Shown: positions 1-9,198, numbered from the stretch's first letter. The stretch is 17,074 bases of DNA from an uncultured Nitrososphaerota archaeon (GCA_964518475.1 CAZFGR010000031.1:1-17074); one strand, 5' to 3'. Notes: a model not told the origin generated them from the sequence alone. Numbers and translations are program-made.

Positions 1-1008
1 GTTCTCTAAGTCTCGGAGATCTAGGAAGGCTGCTGGGCCATGAATGTATCTGCAAGGTACACTTACAACTCCCGCAGGGACTCCTCCTTTTGTTAAGTGT
101 ATAACCCCCGCATCTGTCCCGCCAGCAATTACACGCTTAAACTGATATGGGATATTGTTTTCCTCGGCTGCATTTACTAGGAGCTTAACTATCTTCGGAT
201 GCGCAATGATGCTTCTATCAGCGATAGTTATTGCAGGTCCTTTTCCCATAGCTGTAGATTCCTTATACTCGGGAGTCCCGGGAATATCCGCAGCAGCCGT
301 TCCTTCAAGCGCTAATGCTAGATCTGGAGTAGCTTGCCAAGCAGCTGTTCTAGCTCCTCGTAAGCCCACCTCTTCCTGAACTGAGGCAACACCAATGACA
401 TTATAGTTCGTATCCTTCAACATTTTCATGGCTGTTATCATTACTGTCAGACCAACTCTATCGTCGAATGCTTTTCCCATAACCCTATTCCCACTAAGCC
501 TCGCAAATTTGGTAGCGAAAGTTCCTACGGATCCTATCTCTACACCCATTTCCCTAGCCTCTTCCTCCGAGGTAGCCCCAATATCTATGAATAATTCATC
601 GATGCCCAGAACCTTGGATCGTTCCTCCGGTTTTAACAGGTGAGGAGCTTTAGCGCCGATAAAGCCTAGTATTTTATCACCATTTTTCGTTCTTATCACG
701 ACCTGCTGGGCATATAATACCCTTTCATCGAAGCCTCCGAGGGGTTGGAAGCGTAGAAATCCTCTCCTATCGATGTGTGTTATCAAGAAACCGACCTCAT
801 CCATGTGAGCATCAAGCATAACTACTGGATATTCCTCTGACCCCTTCTTGTATGCTATTAAGTTCCCCAGCGCGTCCACCCTTATATCGCTCGTAACACC
901 CTCTAGTTCTTCCTTAACAATCTCTCTCACTTCATCCTCGAAACCCGGAGGGCCAAACGCGTTAGATAATTTCTCTAGAAGAGAGATTATCTCTTCCCTA
1001 TTGGCCAT
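1..1008 (-). CDS. M42 family metallo-aminopeptidase (TET/FrvX-like); 3' end runs off the window
   Basis: Not in the ORF track (no stop in window). Manual translation from ATG 1008: MANREEIISLLEKLSNAFGPPGFEDEVRE...MLDAHMDEVGF...GKAFDDRVG...SVQEEVGLRGA...ALEGT...GGTDAG...PCRYIHGP. All M42 metal-ligand motifs are present. GGTG RBS 5 nt upstream. Confidence 0.95.
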   Translation of the reverse strand, partial: MANREEIISLLEKLSNAFGPPGFEDEVREIVKEELEGVTSDIRVDALGNLIAYKKGSEEYPVVMLDAHMDEVGFLITHIDRRGFLRFQPLGGFDERVLYAQQVVIRTKNGDKILGFIGAKAPHLLKPEERSKVLGIDELFIDIGATSEEEAREMGVEIGSVGTFATKFARLSGNRVMGKAFDDRVGLTVMITAMKMLKDTNYNVIGVASVQEEVGLRGARTAAWQATPDLALALEGTAAADIPGTPEYKESTAMGKGPAITIADRSIIAHPKIVKLLVNAAEENNIPYQFKRVIAGGTDAGVIHLTKGGVPAGVVSVPCRYIHGPAAFLDLRDLEN

Positions 1009-1115
1009 AAAAACACCAAACAGCAAAGAGAATGTTTTCATGATAAAATGTTTTGTTTTGTAAATAATTCTCAATTTTTTAAGATATGATACTTACGCTA
1101 ATATGAAACAATTGA

Positions 1116-1748
1116 TTAAGACTCTTCTTTAGATCCTATAATCCTGTTTGGGCATATTTCTCTGAACTGGCAATACTCACATTCCCATTCAAAGCGGGGG
1201 GATGACCATTCTTGGAGTAGCTTTTTGACAAATTCTTCATCAACATTTTCTTCAATCTTGAATTCTTTGAGACCTCGAGGAGTAATGTAAATGAGATAAC
1301 CCTTTTCCTTTTTTGTGAGGAACATATATGTTTTGAGCTGCATTACGTGATGATCCAACGGTTTATCCTCGATGCTACGAGCATACTTTATTTCAACGAC
1401 CGCATCGGAAAGGATAATGTCTGGTTTCCCAATGATCACAACTTTTTCTGCTCCATCCTTTTTCTCAATCACTATCTCCCTAGAAATTTCTACTTCAGTC
1501 GTTTCTAAATCTTGGAAGAGTTTTTCTCGTTGCATCTCTACTATCTTTTTAACGAATTCATCGACAGCCTCTCCTATGAAGATATTCGGTGAGGGGGATC
1601 GGGCAAATTCTGGGAATAAATCCTCCATTTTTGATTTATGCTTACATCGCACAAGATCATGGACATGTATCTCATTCTCCTTATGTTCGTGACCATATTT
1701 TTCGGAGGTATAATCTAGATAAGCTCTAAAGATCTTCTCTAAAATCAT
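1116..1748 (-). CDS. Solo Cas4-like PD-(D/E)XK nuclease with 4Fe-4S cysteines
   Basis: IHVHDLVRC (Cys1), GKPDII, VEIK, MQLKTY (QxxxY) and C-terminal CEYCQFREIC (CxxC-x5-C). GAGGAGG RBS upstream. Confidence 0.85.
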   Translation of the reverse strand: MILEKIFRAYLDYTSEKYGHEHKENEIHVHDLVRCKHKSKMEDLFPEFARSPSPNIFIGEAVDEFVKKIVEMQREKLFQDLETTEVEISREIVIEKKDGAEKVVIIGKPDIILSDAVVEIKYARSIEDKPLDHHVMQLKTYMFLTKKEKGYLIYITPRGLKEFKIEENVDEEFVKKLLQEWSSPRFEWECEYCQFREICPNRIIGSKEES

Positions 1749-1761
1749 TAGTTTTCCTCCT

Positions 1762-2769
1762 CTAAAACATTAAAAAGCCCGTTAAGATGGCGAGTATACT
1801 GGAGAAAATGAACAACTCGTAATACTTTCTTATAACTTGTGCTTCTGTCATGGGGCCGTATATAAGTACAAACATACGGGTTAAGGAGAACGGAGCATTG
1901 GGATTTCTTGCGGGATATATTACTCCATCCTTTACATATACGGGTTTTCCAATTTTCTCTCTTATGGCTTCCTTAGTCATTATTCCACCGATGCTATTTA
2001 TTAGGTAAAATCCCCTAAGAATTACTGGTAATAGGGCTATTAGTGCTATGTATTCTAAACGTGATAGAATTATTATAGCTGTTACCAAAGCTCCTACGCT
2101 ATATGCTCCAATGTTTCCTGGAAAAACTTTTGCCGGGTATTTGTTCCAAGCATAAAATCCTAGTATTCCCCCCAAAACACCAGCTGCAAGCATAAGTTCC
2201 TGACGGCCTAATACAGCTAGCCAAAAGATAAGAGCTATTATAACGGATATAGCGCTGAAGCACATTACGCCGTTGTGAACATCAATCATGTTGTAAGCGT
2301 TAGGAATTATAAGAAACGCTACAAGGATTCCCAATGGGTATACAATAGTTAATCTGGTAAATCCTACAAATGGTACATATGGGCGTGGAGTATACGTATT
2401 AAGAATTATGAAAGGCAAGCCGCCAAGTATCATTAAGGGTACTTTGAGCAAGCCTAGATCATATAAGTCGTCGAGAAACCCTACTATAGCAGTTATCAAA
2501 AAGCTTAGAGTCAAGGAGATGGCTTCTAAGAAGATATTAGAAGAGAAGGATTCTGACGCTACATAGGAAATAAGGAGGAGTATTGGAACCATACTTAGAA
2601 GACTAACTCCTCCACGATTAGCAACTAAGGGTTGACCGGGTTTATGGATGTCAGGTGCGAGTATTCCTTTTCTCTCAGCGTACTTAATGTACATCCTCGT
2701 AGCTAAATACACGGATATGAAAGATAAGACGAAGAGTGTAATCGTGTATACATAGAGCATTCTTCTCAC
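1762..2769 (-). CDS. MraY/GPT-family (glycosyltransferase 4) UDP-HexNAc:dolichol-phosphate HexNAc-1-phosphotransferase, AglH-like
   Basis: Multi-pass membrane protein with PDIHKP, GFLDDLYD, NAYNMID.HNG and NKYPAKVFPGNIG motifs. GTG start. Confidence 0.88.
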   Translation of the reverse strand: MRRMLYVYTITLFVLSFISVYLATRMYIKYAERKGILAPDIHKPGQPLVANRGGVSLLSMVPILLLISYVASESFSSNIFLEAISLTLSFLITAIVGFLDDLYDLGLLKVPLMILGGLPFIILNTYTPRPYVPFVGFTRLTIVYPLGILVAFLIIPNAYNMIDVHNGVMCFSAISVIIALIFWLAVLGRQELMLAAGVLGGILGFYAWNKYPAKVFPGNIGAYSVGALVTAIIILSRLEYIALIALLPVILRGFYLINSIGGIMTKEAIREKIGKPVYVKDGVIYPARNPNAPFSLTRMFVLIYGPMTEAQVIRKYYELFIFSSILAILTGFLMF

Positions 2770-2785
2770 AACTCCGTTTCGTGCC

Positions 2786-4240
2786 TTATAGATTATACTC
2801 GTGCATAACGGTTTCCCAATACTTCCTCAAAATGTCTGGCGTTTTTATAAATAGTGATTTTCCTCTCCCTAAACCTCTGTATACTACGTTTTCCCTATGT
2901 TCCAGTACATCATTGATATCAAAAATATTTCGTGTATCAATCACAACTAATGGCTTCTTTTCACACAAGCTTAGGAATTCTTCAAGTCTTATCCTTTTAT
3001 ACTCGCTATGATCCGTAACGATTACTATTGCATCAGCGGCGGAGATGGCATCTTTTAAGCATTTGGCACCAGTAACACCAAATTCTGTTTCTATTTCTTC
3101 TGGAGAAAAGAAGGGATCGTGTGCAGTGATATCCGCACCTAATCTTTTTAAGAGGCTTATTATCGCCTTAGCGGGGGATCTATATGTTACCTTAACATCT
3201 CCACGGAAAGCCACACCTAAAATAGCTATTTTGGAACCATTAATCGGTTTTCTAACTTCATTAAGAGCTTCGAATAATAGGTAAATAACGTGCTGAGGCA
3301 TGCTTAGGTCGATTAGTCTGGCCGTTCTAAATAATCTAAACTCCGTATTATTGAGTTGCAGGATATAATCTAGGAAGTAGGGATATACTGGGATACAATG
3401 ACCCCCAACGCCAGGACCCGGCTTATGTATCAGGGAGAAAGGCTCTGTATTCGCTACCTCTATAACTTCCTTCACATCCACTCCCAAAAGCTCACAAATC
3501 AATGCATACTCGTCAGCTAATGCTATGTTAACGTATCTAAAAGCGCCCTTGAACAACTTGGCTAGCTCAGCTACTCTAGGACTACTTACTGGGATTACCC
3601 TATTTTTTATCACGGCTTCGTAGAAATAAGCAACAGTTTCAGTACTTTTCTTATTAATCCCGCCAACAATTTTAGGATAATTTTCTAAGAAATCCTTTAT
3701 TACAGTTCCAGCCTTTACTCTTTCGGGGCTAAAAGCTAAAGCAAAGTCTGTTCCAGCAACGAGCCCGCTCTCTTTTTCAAGAATTTTACGTAGAACTCCC
3801 TCAGTTGTACCAGGAGGTACTGTAGTTTCGAGTATGACTGTAGTTCCTTTTTGTAGTCCCTTACCAATAGTCTTCGCTGCTGATATTAAATGTTCAAGTG
3901 TTGGTTTTCCATTAGAGTCGATACCCACGGGAACTAAGATAATTATTACATCGGCGTTTTCTGCAGCTTTTACTCCATCACTTGTCGCTTTTAGTAAGCC
4001 TTTCTTCACGAGTTCTGGCAATTTTTCAAGACCTGGCTCATGAGGAAGGTAATTAATACCCTTATTAATCATATCTACCTTATTTTCATCCACGTCTACA
4101 CCAATTACTTTGCATCCTCTCATTGAATAAGCAACAGCTATCGGTAAGCCAACGCTGCCTAAACCATAAACTGCTATATTAATATTGCCCGAAGAAACAA
4201 TCTCTTTGATTTTCTCTCTGGATAATCCAAAAATCTTCAT
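2786..4240 (-). CDS. UDP-glucose/GDP-mannose dehydrogenase family nucleotide-sugar 6-dehydrogenase (WecC/WbpA-like)
   Basis: Rossmann YGLGSVGLP, ETTVPPGTTE, FSPER, catalytic GVGGHCIP, ILGVAFRGD. GGAGGT RBS. Substrate cannot be determined from sequence. Confidence 0.93.
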   Translation of the reverse strand: MKIFGLSREKIKEIVSSGNINIAVYGLGSVGLPIAVAYSMRGCKVIGVDVDENKVDMINKGINYLPHEPGLEKLPELVKKGLLKATSDGVKAAENADVIIILVPVGIDSNGKPTLEHLISAAKTIGKGLQKGTTVILETTVPPGTTEGVLRKILEKESGLVAGTDFALAFSPERVKAGTVIKDFLENYPKIVGGINKKSTETVAYFYEAVIKNRVIPVSSPRVAELAKLFKGAFRYVNIALADEYALICELLGVDVKEVIEVANTEPFSLIHKPGPGVGGHCIPVYPYFLDYILQLNNTEFRLFRTARLIDLSMPQHVIYLLFEALNEVRKPINGSKIAILGVAFRGDVKVTYRSPAKAIISLLKRLGADITAHDPFFSPEEIETEFGVTGAKCLKDAISAADAIVIVTDHSEYKRIRLEEFLSLCEKKPLVVIDTRNIFDINDVLEHRENVVYRGLGRGKSLFIKTPDILRKYWETVMHEYNL

Positions 4241-4319
4241 TGTAGATAACCTCCAATTTCGAGACGATTCTCACACTTTTTAAGCTCTCCTCTGTATCTA
4301 TATGTAGCACTTCGAGATA

Positions 4320-4580
4320 CTACTTGGGAGGGTTTTTATATTTCTTCAAAATCGCTTTCTCAATATCAATATCTAGAAGATTAGCTATCGATACAAGCCA
4401 AGCAGCGACATCAGCGATTTCTTCCTCCATATTTTCACGGTTTCCACTCTTTATAGCCCGCGCTAGTTCACCTACTTCTTCGATAAACCACATAAAAGTT
4501 CTATCAAGCCCCCTAGCTTTGTCTCGTTCGAAGTAGGCATCATAAATTATTCTTTGGAAATCTTTTAATGTGAGAGACAT
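4320..4580 (-). CDS. MazG-like all-alpha nucleotide pyrophosphohydrolase
   Basis: WFIEEVGELARAI...EEEIADVAAW (ExxE...ExxD metal motif) in a single 86-aa domain. Confidence 0.9.
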   Translation of the reverse strand: MSLTLKDFQRIIYDAYFERDKARGLDRTFMWFIEEVGELARAIKSGNRENMEEEIADVAAWLVSIANLLDIDIEKAILKKYKNPPK

Positions 4581-4644
4581 TCCGGTTCCCCAGCTCTCCC
4601 AACTAGTTTTAAACCTATTCCAACTTTTATGTTGATTTAAAATA

Positions 4645-4676
4645 TCCTAAATAGAGAGAATGTTCTAAATTTAGGA
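4645..4676. promoter_or_regulatory. Inverted repeat in divergent intergenic region (possible operator or hairpin)
   Basis: TCCTAAAT (4645-4652) and ATTTAGGA (4669-4676) are perfect 8-bp arms with a 16-bp spacer, between the divergent MazG-like and 746-aa genes. Confidence 0.3.
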
Positions 4677-4713
4677 ATGCTACCTCTTGTTTCGGTTTAG
4701 AGGTATAATTAAA

Positions 4714-6954
4714 ATGGAAAATTTATGGGTGGTTTTAAGAAAAGCAAGCATATGTTCTCACGGGATAGAACTAATTAGGCTACTAAGAAAATGGGTAGAT
4801 AACGAGACGATTGAGAAAGCATTTGTCAACGCTATTGATGCTGTGATGTTAATAGATGCCTTATTGCTCGGGGAGGAGTTGTTAAAGAGAGATGCGAAAA
4901 TAAATGATAACTTTAAGATAAAGCTCGCATCGTGGGCTTTATCTCTTAAGCTCGAGGACTTAGCGAAGATAATTGTCTCAAAAATTAATGATTGGAAGTT
5001 ATTTTTTGAGGAAGATAATTTTAGATATTTATCGAGTAGCTTGATCAACTACTATATCGCGTCCCTAGTAAAGCGAAAGGATTGGTTATTAATTTCTGAA
5101 ATTTTGGATAAAATAGTGGAGAAAAAGTTATTCTGGCTCGACCTAGCAGAATCCATGCACTATCTAAGACGTAAAAAGGGGTTAAAAACAGTTCTAAGCA
5201 TGCTCGACATTAACACAATTGCCAATATAATTTTTCTTACAGCACCATTTGAAAAAGAGATAATCGAAATAAGTAAATTCCTGCCAGAAACAACTCTAAG
5301 GGAATTTATCGAGAATATCTATGAACTAACAAAGAAAAAGAGACGCACTAAAAAATTGGTCGAAAAAATAAAATTACTAAAGAATTTGATAAGTGAAGAT
5401 TACTTCTCGTTAGTGATTGAGTGGCTAAGAAAATACGAGAAGAGAAATCCTAGCTTAAGAGAAATAATCAATATATTAGAAGAACGTGTAGAAAAATTGC
5501 AAAACGAGTCTTCTTTGGAGAGAAGTTATTCAAATGAAAGTATCTACGTTGCGAAGCGTGAGGATAATACCTATAGGAAAAAGAAATGTATAGAATCCTT
5601 GTTGTTGAAAGAGAACCTTAAACAGTTTCTCAGAAAAAATACTGAATGCTTTGAGTTCCTGATTTTCTTGTTAATTATGCGAGGAAAAATAAAACTTCTT
5701 AGGAAAATACTATCGGGGAATATGCATGGAGTAAACTTTGGAGAATTAGTAAATTATTTTTACGAATTCAAAAGACTGCTTCCGAATCTCGATCCAACGA
5801 TTTTTGTATTGATTATTACAGAGTTCTGGCGAAGAAAAAGTATTCCCCATTTATTAACAATGCTGAGAATAATTCCTGAGTATTATTATAGACTTGGAGG
5901 ACTGAGATTACTAGCGAGAAGATTGAGAAAAAGTATTATGATTAAAGATCTTAATTATCTTCTCCAATTACCCATGCCTGCATGGTTACGAGCTATTTTC
6001 TTAGCCTCAGAGAAGAGTAATAAAATGTTGAGATACATAGTAGAGAGCCCAGATATTTTCCCGTATCTTCTCCTTATAACACCACGAAAAGCTATCAAGT
6101 TATTGAGAAAGAGCGATAATAAGGATCGATTATTGCTAGAGCTTTTCTCTAACCCGGCAATTATGTACTTGCTGAGGAAGGATTCAAAAAGAACATTTAA
6201 AACTGTATTAAAAGTAGCAAGCAACTCAAATCACAAATCCTTAAGGATAACAGCAAAAATAATCCTCGGAGCAGCTATAAATGAGCATCCAATTCTTGAC
6301 ATATTCAAGAAAGAAACAGGTATGAGCATAGAGAATCTAGAAAAAATAAGAAGATACAAGGGATTTCTAGGGTTTCTCCCTCTGATACTTCCAGAAAAAG
6401 ATATCGAAAAAATAGTAGGGACCCTAATCAATGCGCGTCACGTTTATCAACAATCAATTAACCTTCCTAGTTACGGTGTACCTACGAAACCGCGACGTAT
6501 TGTTGGTTACGATGACTTAGCAATAGAAATAATGGCATCGCCTTTCTTGAGTGATGAATTTTTTGAGAGGTTACTGAAGATTGTGCTCGAGAAAAAGACT
6601 TTCGACCCTCTTCTGCAAACGAAAAATGAAGAATTAGAGCTAATCAATATTTTTGATAGGAGGAGTTTCTTAGCAAAATTAGTTGAGAAAATAATTATCT
6701 CTCTCGGCTATTACTCAGCAGATCGGGTAATAAATATTTTAATGAACTGCAGATGGGACGAAAGAGATAGTGTCATTATTGTTATTGCTAGATACGGTTA
6801 CATACCTTCAGGGGAATTCTTAAAGAAGCTTATGCAGATTGAGGGACCAAGCAAATATTACTGTTTTCTAGCCGAATTATTAAGGGATGGCCTATTAATG
6901 AATAAGATCAGAACTGAGGAGATCAAGAAGAATCTAATGAAGAGAAGGAAATAG
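4714..6954 (+). CDS. Large basic, predicted all-alpha-helical hypothetical protein (746 aa)
   Basis: Long open frame. ATG 4714 has GAGGT upstream and is preferred over TTG 4687. L/I/K/E/R-rich amphipathic helices with no recognisable catalytic motif. Confidence 0.8.
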   Translation: MENLWVVLRKASICSHGIELIRLLRKWVDNETIEKAFVNAIDAVMLIDALLLGEELLKRDAKINDNFKIKLASWALSLKLEDLAKIIVSKINDWKLFFEEDNFRYLSSSLINYYIASLVKRKDWLLISEILDKIVEKKLFWLDLAESMHYLRRKKGLKTVLSMLDINTIANIIFLTAPFEKEIIEISKFLPETTLREFIENIYELTKKKRRTKKLVEKIKLLKNLISEDYFSLVIEWLRKYEKRNPSLREIINILEERVEKLQNESSLERSYSNESIYVAKREDNTYRKKKCIESLLLKENLKQFLRKNTECFEFLIFLLIMRGKIKLLRKILSGNMHGVNFGELVNYFYEFKRLLPNLDPTIFVLIITEFWRRKSIPHLLTMLRIIPEYYYRLGGLRLLARRLRKSIMIKDLNYLLQLPMPAWLRAIFLASEKSNKMLRYIVESPDIFPYLLLITPRKAIKLLRKSDNKDRLLLELFSNPAIMYLLRKDSKRTFKTVLKVASNSNHKSLRITAKIILGAAINEHPILDIFKKETGMSIENLEKIRRYKGFLGFLPLILPEKDIEKIVGTLINARHVYQQSINLPSYGVPTKPRRIVGYDDLAIEIMASPFLSDEFFERLLKIVLEKKTFDPLLQTKNEELELINIFDRRSFLAKLVEKIIISLGYYSADRVINILMNCRWDERDSVIIVIARYGYIPSGEFLKKLMQIEGPSKYYCFLAELLRDGLLMNKIRTEEIKKNLMKRRK

Positions 6955-6965
6955 GGGTATCCAAT

Positions 6966-8462
6966 TTATGTGAAGAGGAAGCTAGGAGCTATGTCCCATT
7001 CAGTTAGTTGCGATAGGAGCTTTTTCTTTCTCTCTTTATACTCTTTTATCTTCCTTAGTAAGATATCCATGGTTATTTTTCCGTTGTTTCGAATAGCCTC
7101 TGCTTTGGCGGCTTCACATACATGAGCAATCTCGGCTCCGGAGAATCCCTCAGTTTCCTTTGTTAGGAGAGAGAAATCTACTGAATCATCAACGAGTTTA
7201 TTCTTTATAGCATCTCTTAAGTGAATTTTGAAGATTTCTTCTCGTGCTTTCTGGTCTGGGAGGGGTACCTCAATAACTAAGTCGAAGCGTCTTATCAATG
7301 CTGGGTCTAATCTATCGGGTCTATTAGTTGTAGCTATGACTAGAATGCCCTCAGTTTCCCTTACTCCGTCAATCTCAGATAAGAGTGTGAGAAGTAGGGG
7401 CGCTCTCCAAGCCTCATTAGGATCGTTTCCCCTGACCATACCGATTCCATCGATCTCATCTATCAGTATTATTGAAGGTACTGATTTCCGAGCGCGTTCG
7501 AATGTTTCCATGATTTCTCTTTCTCCTTCTCCCACTATTGAAGAGCTGGAAAGGATTCTCCCTATACCGAGTTCATAGAAATTCCAACCCAGCTCATTAG
7601 CTAAAGCCAATGCTATACTAGTCTTCCCTGTCCCAGGAGGACCAACTAGTAGAATACCCTTCGGCAATTTATAACCAAGTTTCTTAGCGAGTTCTAGTCT
7701 CCTATAAGGTATGACTATTCTCTCGTAGAGAATATCTTTGATTCTTCGTATCCCGCCAAGGTCTTCCCACGTGACTTTTTTTACTTCAGGAACTCCGAAA
7801 TATTTTTGACGAAGCATTCTTATGGTGTCGGGATTTAATGGGTCGAGCCCTTCATCAATTGCCTTCTTTATTAAGAATGTTATCTGGTTGAACGATAATC
7901 CGAGAAATACCTCCACTACTTCATCACTAATCCTATATCCCTCAAAAAGAAATTCCAACAACTGACGTATTTTCTCAAAACTTGGGTTCTTAGCCTCTAT
8001 ATTCTCAGCTATCTTCGATATTACGGGATCTAATCTAGCCACGGATTCTGCAATCATTACGATGAAGCGGCCTCTTCTAGCAAGATCCTCGATAGCTAGC
8101 ACTACTTCTTCCAAGTATTCTGGGGAAAGTTTCTCTATATTCCTGATTATAATGCATGAACTATTTAATCGGGCTCTATTCGAACGGAGTCGTAGGGCTA
8201 GATCTATAGCATCTATAACAATAGTTTTTCCCAGCGAAGATAGGAATGTTCTTAAAACTGCTTGAATCTCAGCCGTATCATTGCCGTGAACAAGGATTAT
8301 TCTAGAACCTTTTTCAATAGCTTGTTTTACTCTCTCTACCAAGTCAGAGTATGTTTCAAGGAGCAATTTTGCCACAGGGGACTGTGACCTTTTATGATGA
8401 ATCGACTTACACTTATTTGCGCTTCTCTTCTTGTTTCTAGATAGGCTCTTAAAGCCTCTCAT
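6966..8462 (-). CDS. AAA+ ATPase (classical clade) with degenerate first AAA domain and intact second AAA domain
   Basis: D2: VTWEDLGG, GILLVGPPGTGKTS, IILIDEID, IATTNRPDRLDPALIRRFD, GFSGAEI. D1 remnant: IILVHGNDTAE and CIIIRNIEKL. Confidence 0.9.
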   Translation of the reverse strand: MRGFKSLSRNKKRSANKCKSIHHKRSQSPVAKLLLETYSDLVERVKQAIEKGSRIILVHGNDTAEIQAVLRTFLSSLGKTIVIDAIDLALRLRSNRARLNSSCIIIRNIEKLSPEYLEEVVLAIEDLARRGRFIVMIAESVARLDPVISKIAENIEAKNPSFEKIRQLLEFLFEGYRISDEVVEVFLGLSFNQITFLIKKAIDEGLDPLNPDTIRMLRQKYFGVPEVKKVTWEDLGGIRRIKDILYERIVIPYRRLELAKKLGYKLPKGILLVGPPGTGKTSIALALANELGWNFYELGIGRILSSSSIVGEGEREIMETFERARKSVPSIILIDEIDGIGMVRGNDPNEAWRAPLLLTLLSEIDGVRETEGILVIATTNRPDRLDPALIRRFDLVIEVPLPDQKAREEIFKIHLRDAIKNKLVDDSVDFSLLTKETEGFSGAEIAHVCEAAKAEAIRNNGKITMDILLRKIKEYKERKKKLLSQLTEWDIAPSFLFT

Positions 8463-8469
8463 AGCCTCT

Positions 8470-9198
8470 TCAACTCTTACTAATCCTGAGGGATTCTGGC
8501 TTTCCTGTGATAGCTTCTACTAAGGAAAGTTCACCAGGTTGTTCAGAGAGAGGTATCCATTCTCCAAGACTTTTGATAGGTTCTGATGAAATATAGAACT
8601 CATCATTACCCTTATGAAGCCATAACGTATAATAGTTAGGACAGTTTGGGATTTCACGGTAATAAAGATTAATAACAAAGATTCTTTTCTCGTTAATAAG
8701 AACGATGATAGCATTTAGTGATGAGGCTAAATCAACACTCTCAATCGCTTCCTTTAACGCTTTTTCTATACTACTTCCAGTGTAATAGGCCTCAGCTAAT
8801 AAGCATAAAAAATGTTCAGAATCCGTACTACCTATTGGCTTGTAGAGGATCGGGTTTCTTTTAAAACTATAAATCGTACCGTTATGCGCTAAAACAAAAT
8901 CTTTTAATTGAAAAGGATGTGTGTCGACGTAGCTTTTTTCGCCCCTGCTAATTTTCCTAGCATGAATAATGTGAGTATATGCTGGCAAATTAGGGATCTC
9001 GTGCTTCCAGATCGGATCAGTGCTTTTATAGATTCCATACCCGTGACTATTCATCCAGAAAATCCCAAATCCATCGCCATGAGGACCGATGCCGCACTGT
9101 GCACTGAGCCCTTTCCTAGCTATTTCTTTAATACTATTAATGACTACGGGCTTTAAAGGAGTCGGATTCTTAGCGTTCCTTAATAACATTCTGCACAT
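8470..9198 (-). CDS. Class II glutamine amidotransferase / Cys-Ntn hydrolase (YafJ/EgtC/Dug3-like)
   Basis: Start reassigned to ATG 9198, giving M-C-R-M (N-terminal nucleophile Cys) with GAGGG RBS upstream. Motifs HGDGFGI, IIHARK, DTHPF, AHNGTI, GSTDSE, ISSEP. Confidence 0.9.
   Translation of the reverse strand: MCRMLLRNAKNPTPLKPVVINSIKEIARKGLSAQCGIGPHGDGFGIFWMNSHGYGIYKSTDPIWKHEIPNLPAYTHIIHARKISRGEKSYVDTHPFQLKDFVLAHNGTIYSFKRNPILYKPIGSTDSEHFLCLLAEAYYTGSSIEKALKEAIESVDLASSLNAIIVLINEKRIFVINLYYREIPNCPNYYTLWLHKGNDEFYISSEPIKSLGEWIPLSEQPGELSLVEAITGKPESLRISKS

Noticed and set aside
155-1063. Plus-strand ORFs 155-379, 428-643 and 848-1063
   Set aside because: Antisense shadows of the M42 peptidase gene, with Ser/Pro-rich non-protein-like composition.
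1116-1748. CRISPR-Cas locus implied by Cas4
   Set aside because: No repeat-spacer array and no other cas genes in the window.
2100-2130. FPGN instead of FxGD in the AglH-like enzyme as a sign of inactivation
   Set aside because: I recall FPGN occurring in other archaeal homologs, and the DD motif is intact, so inactivation is not supported.
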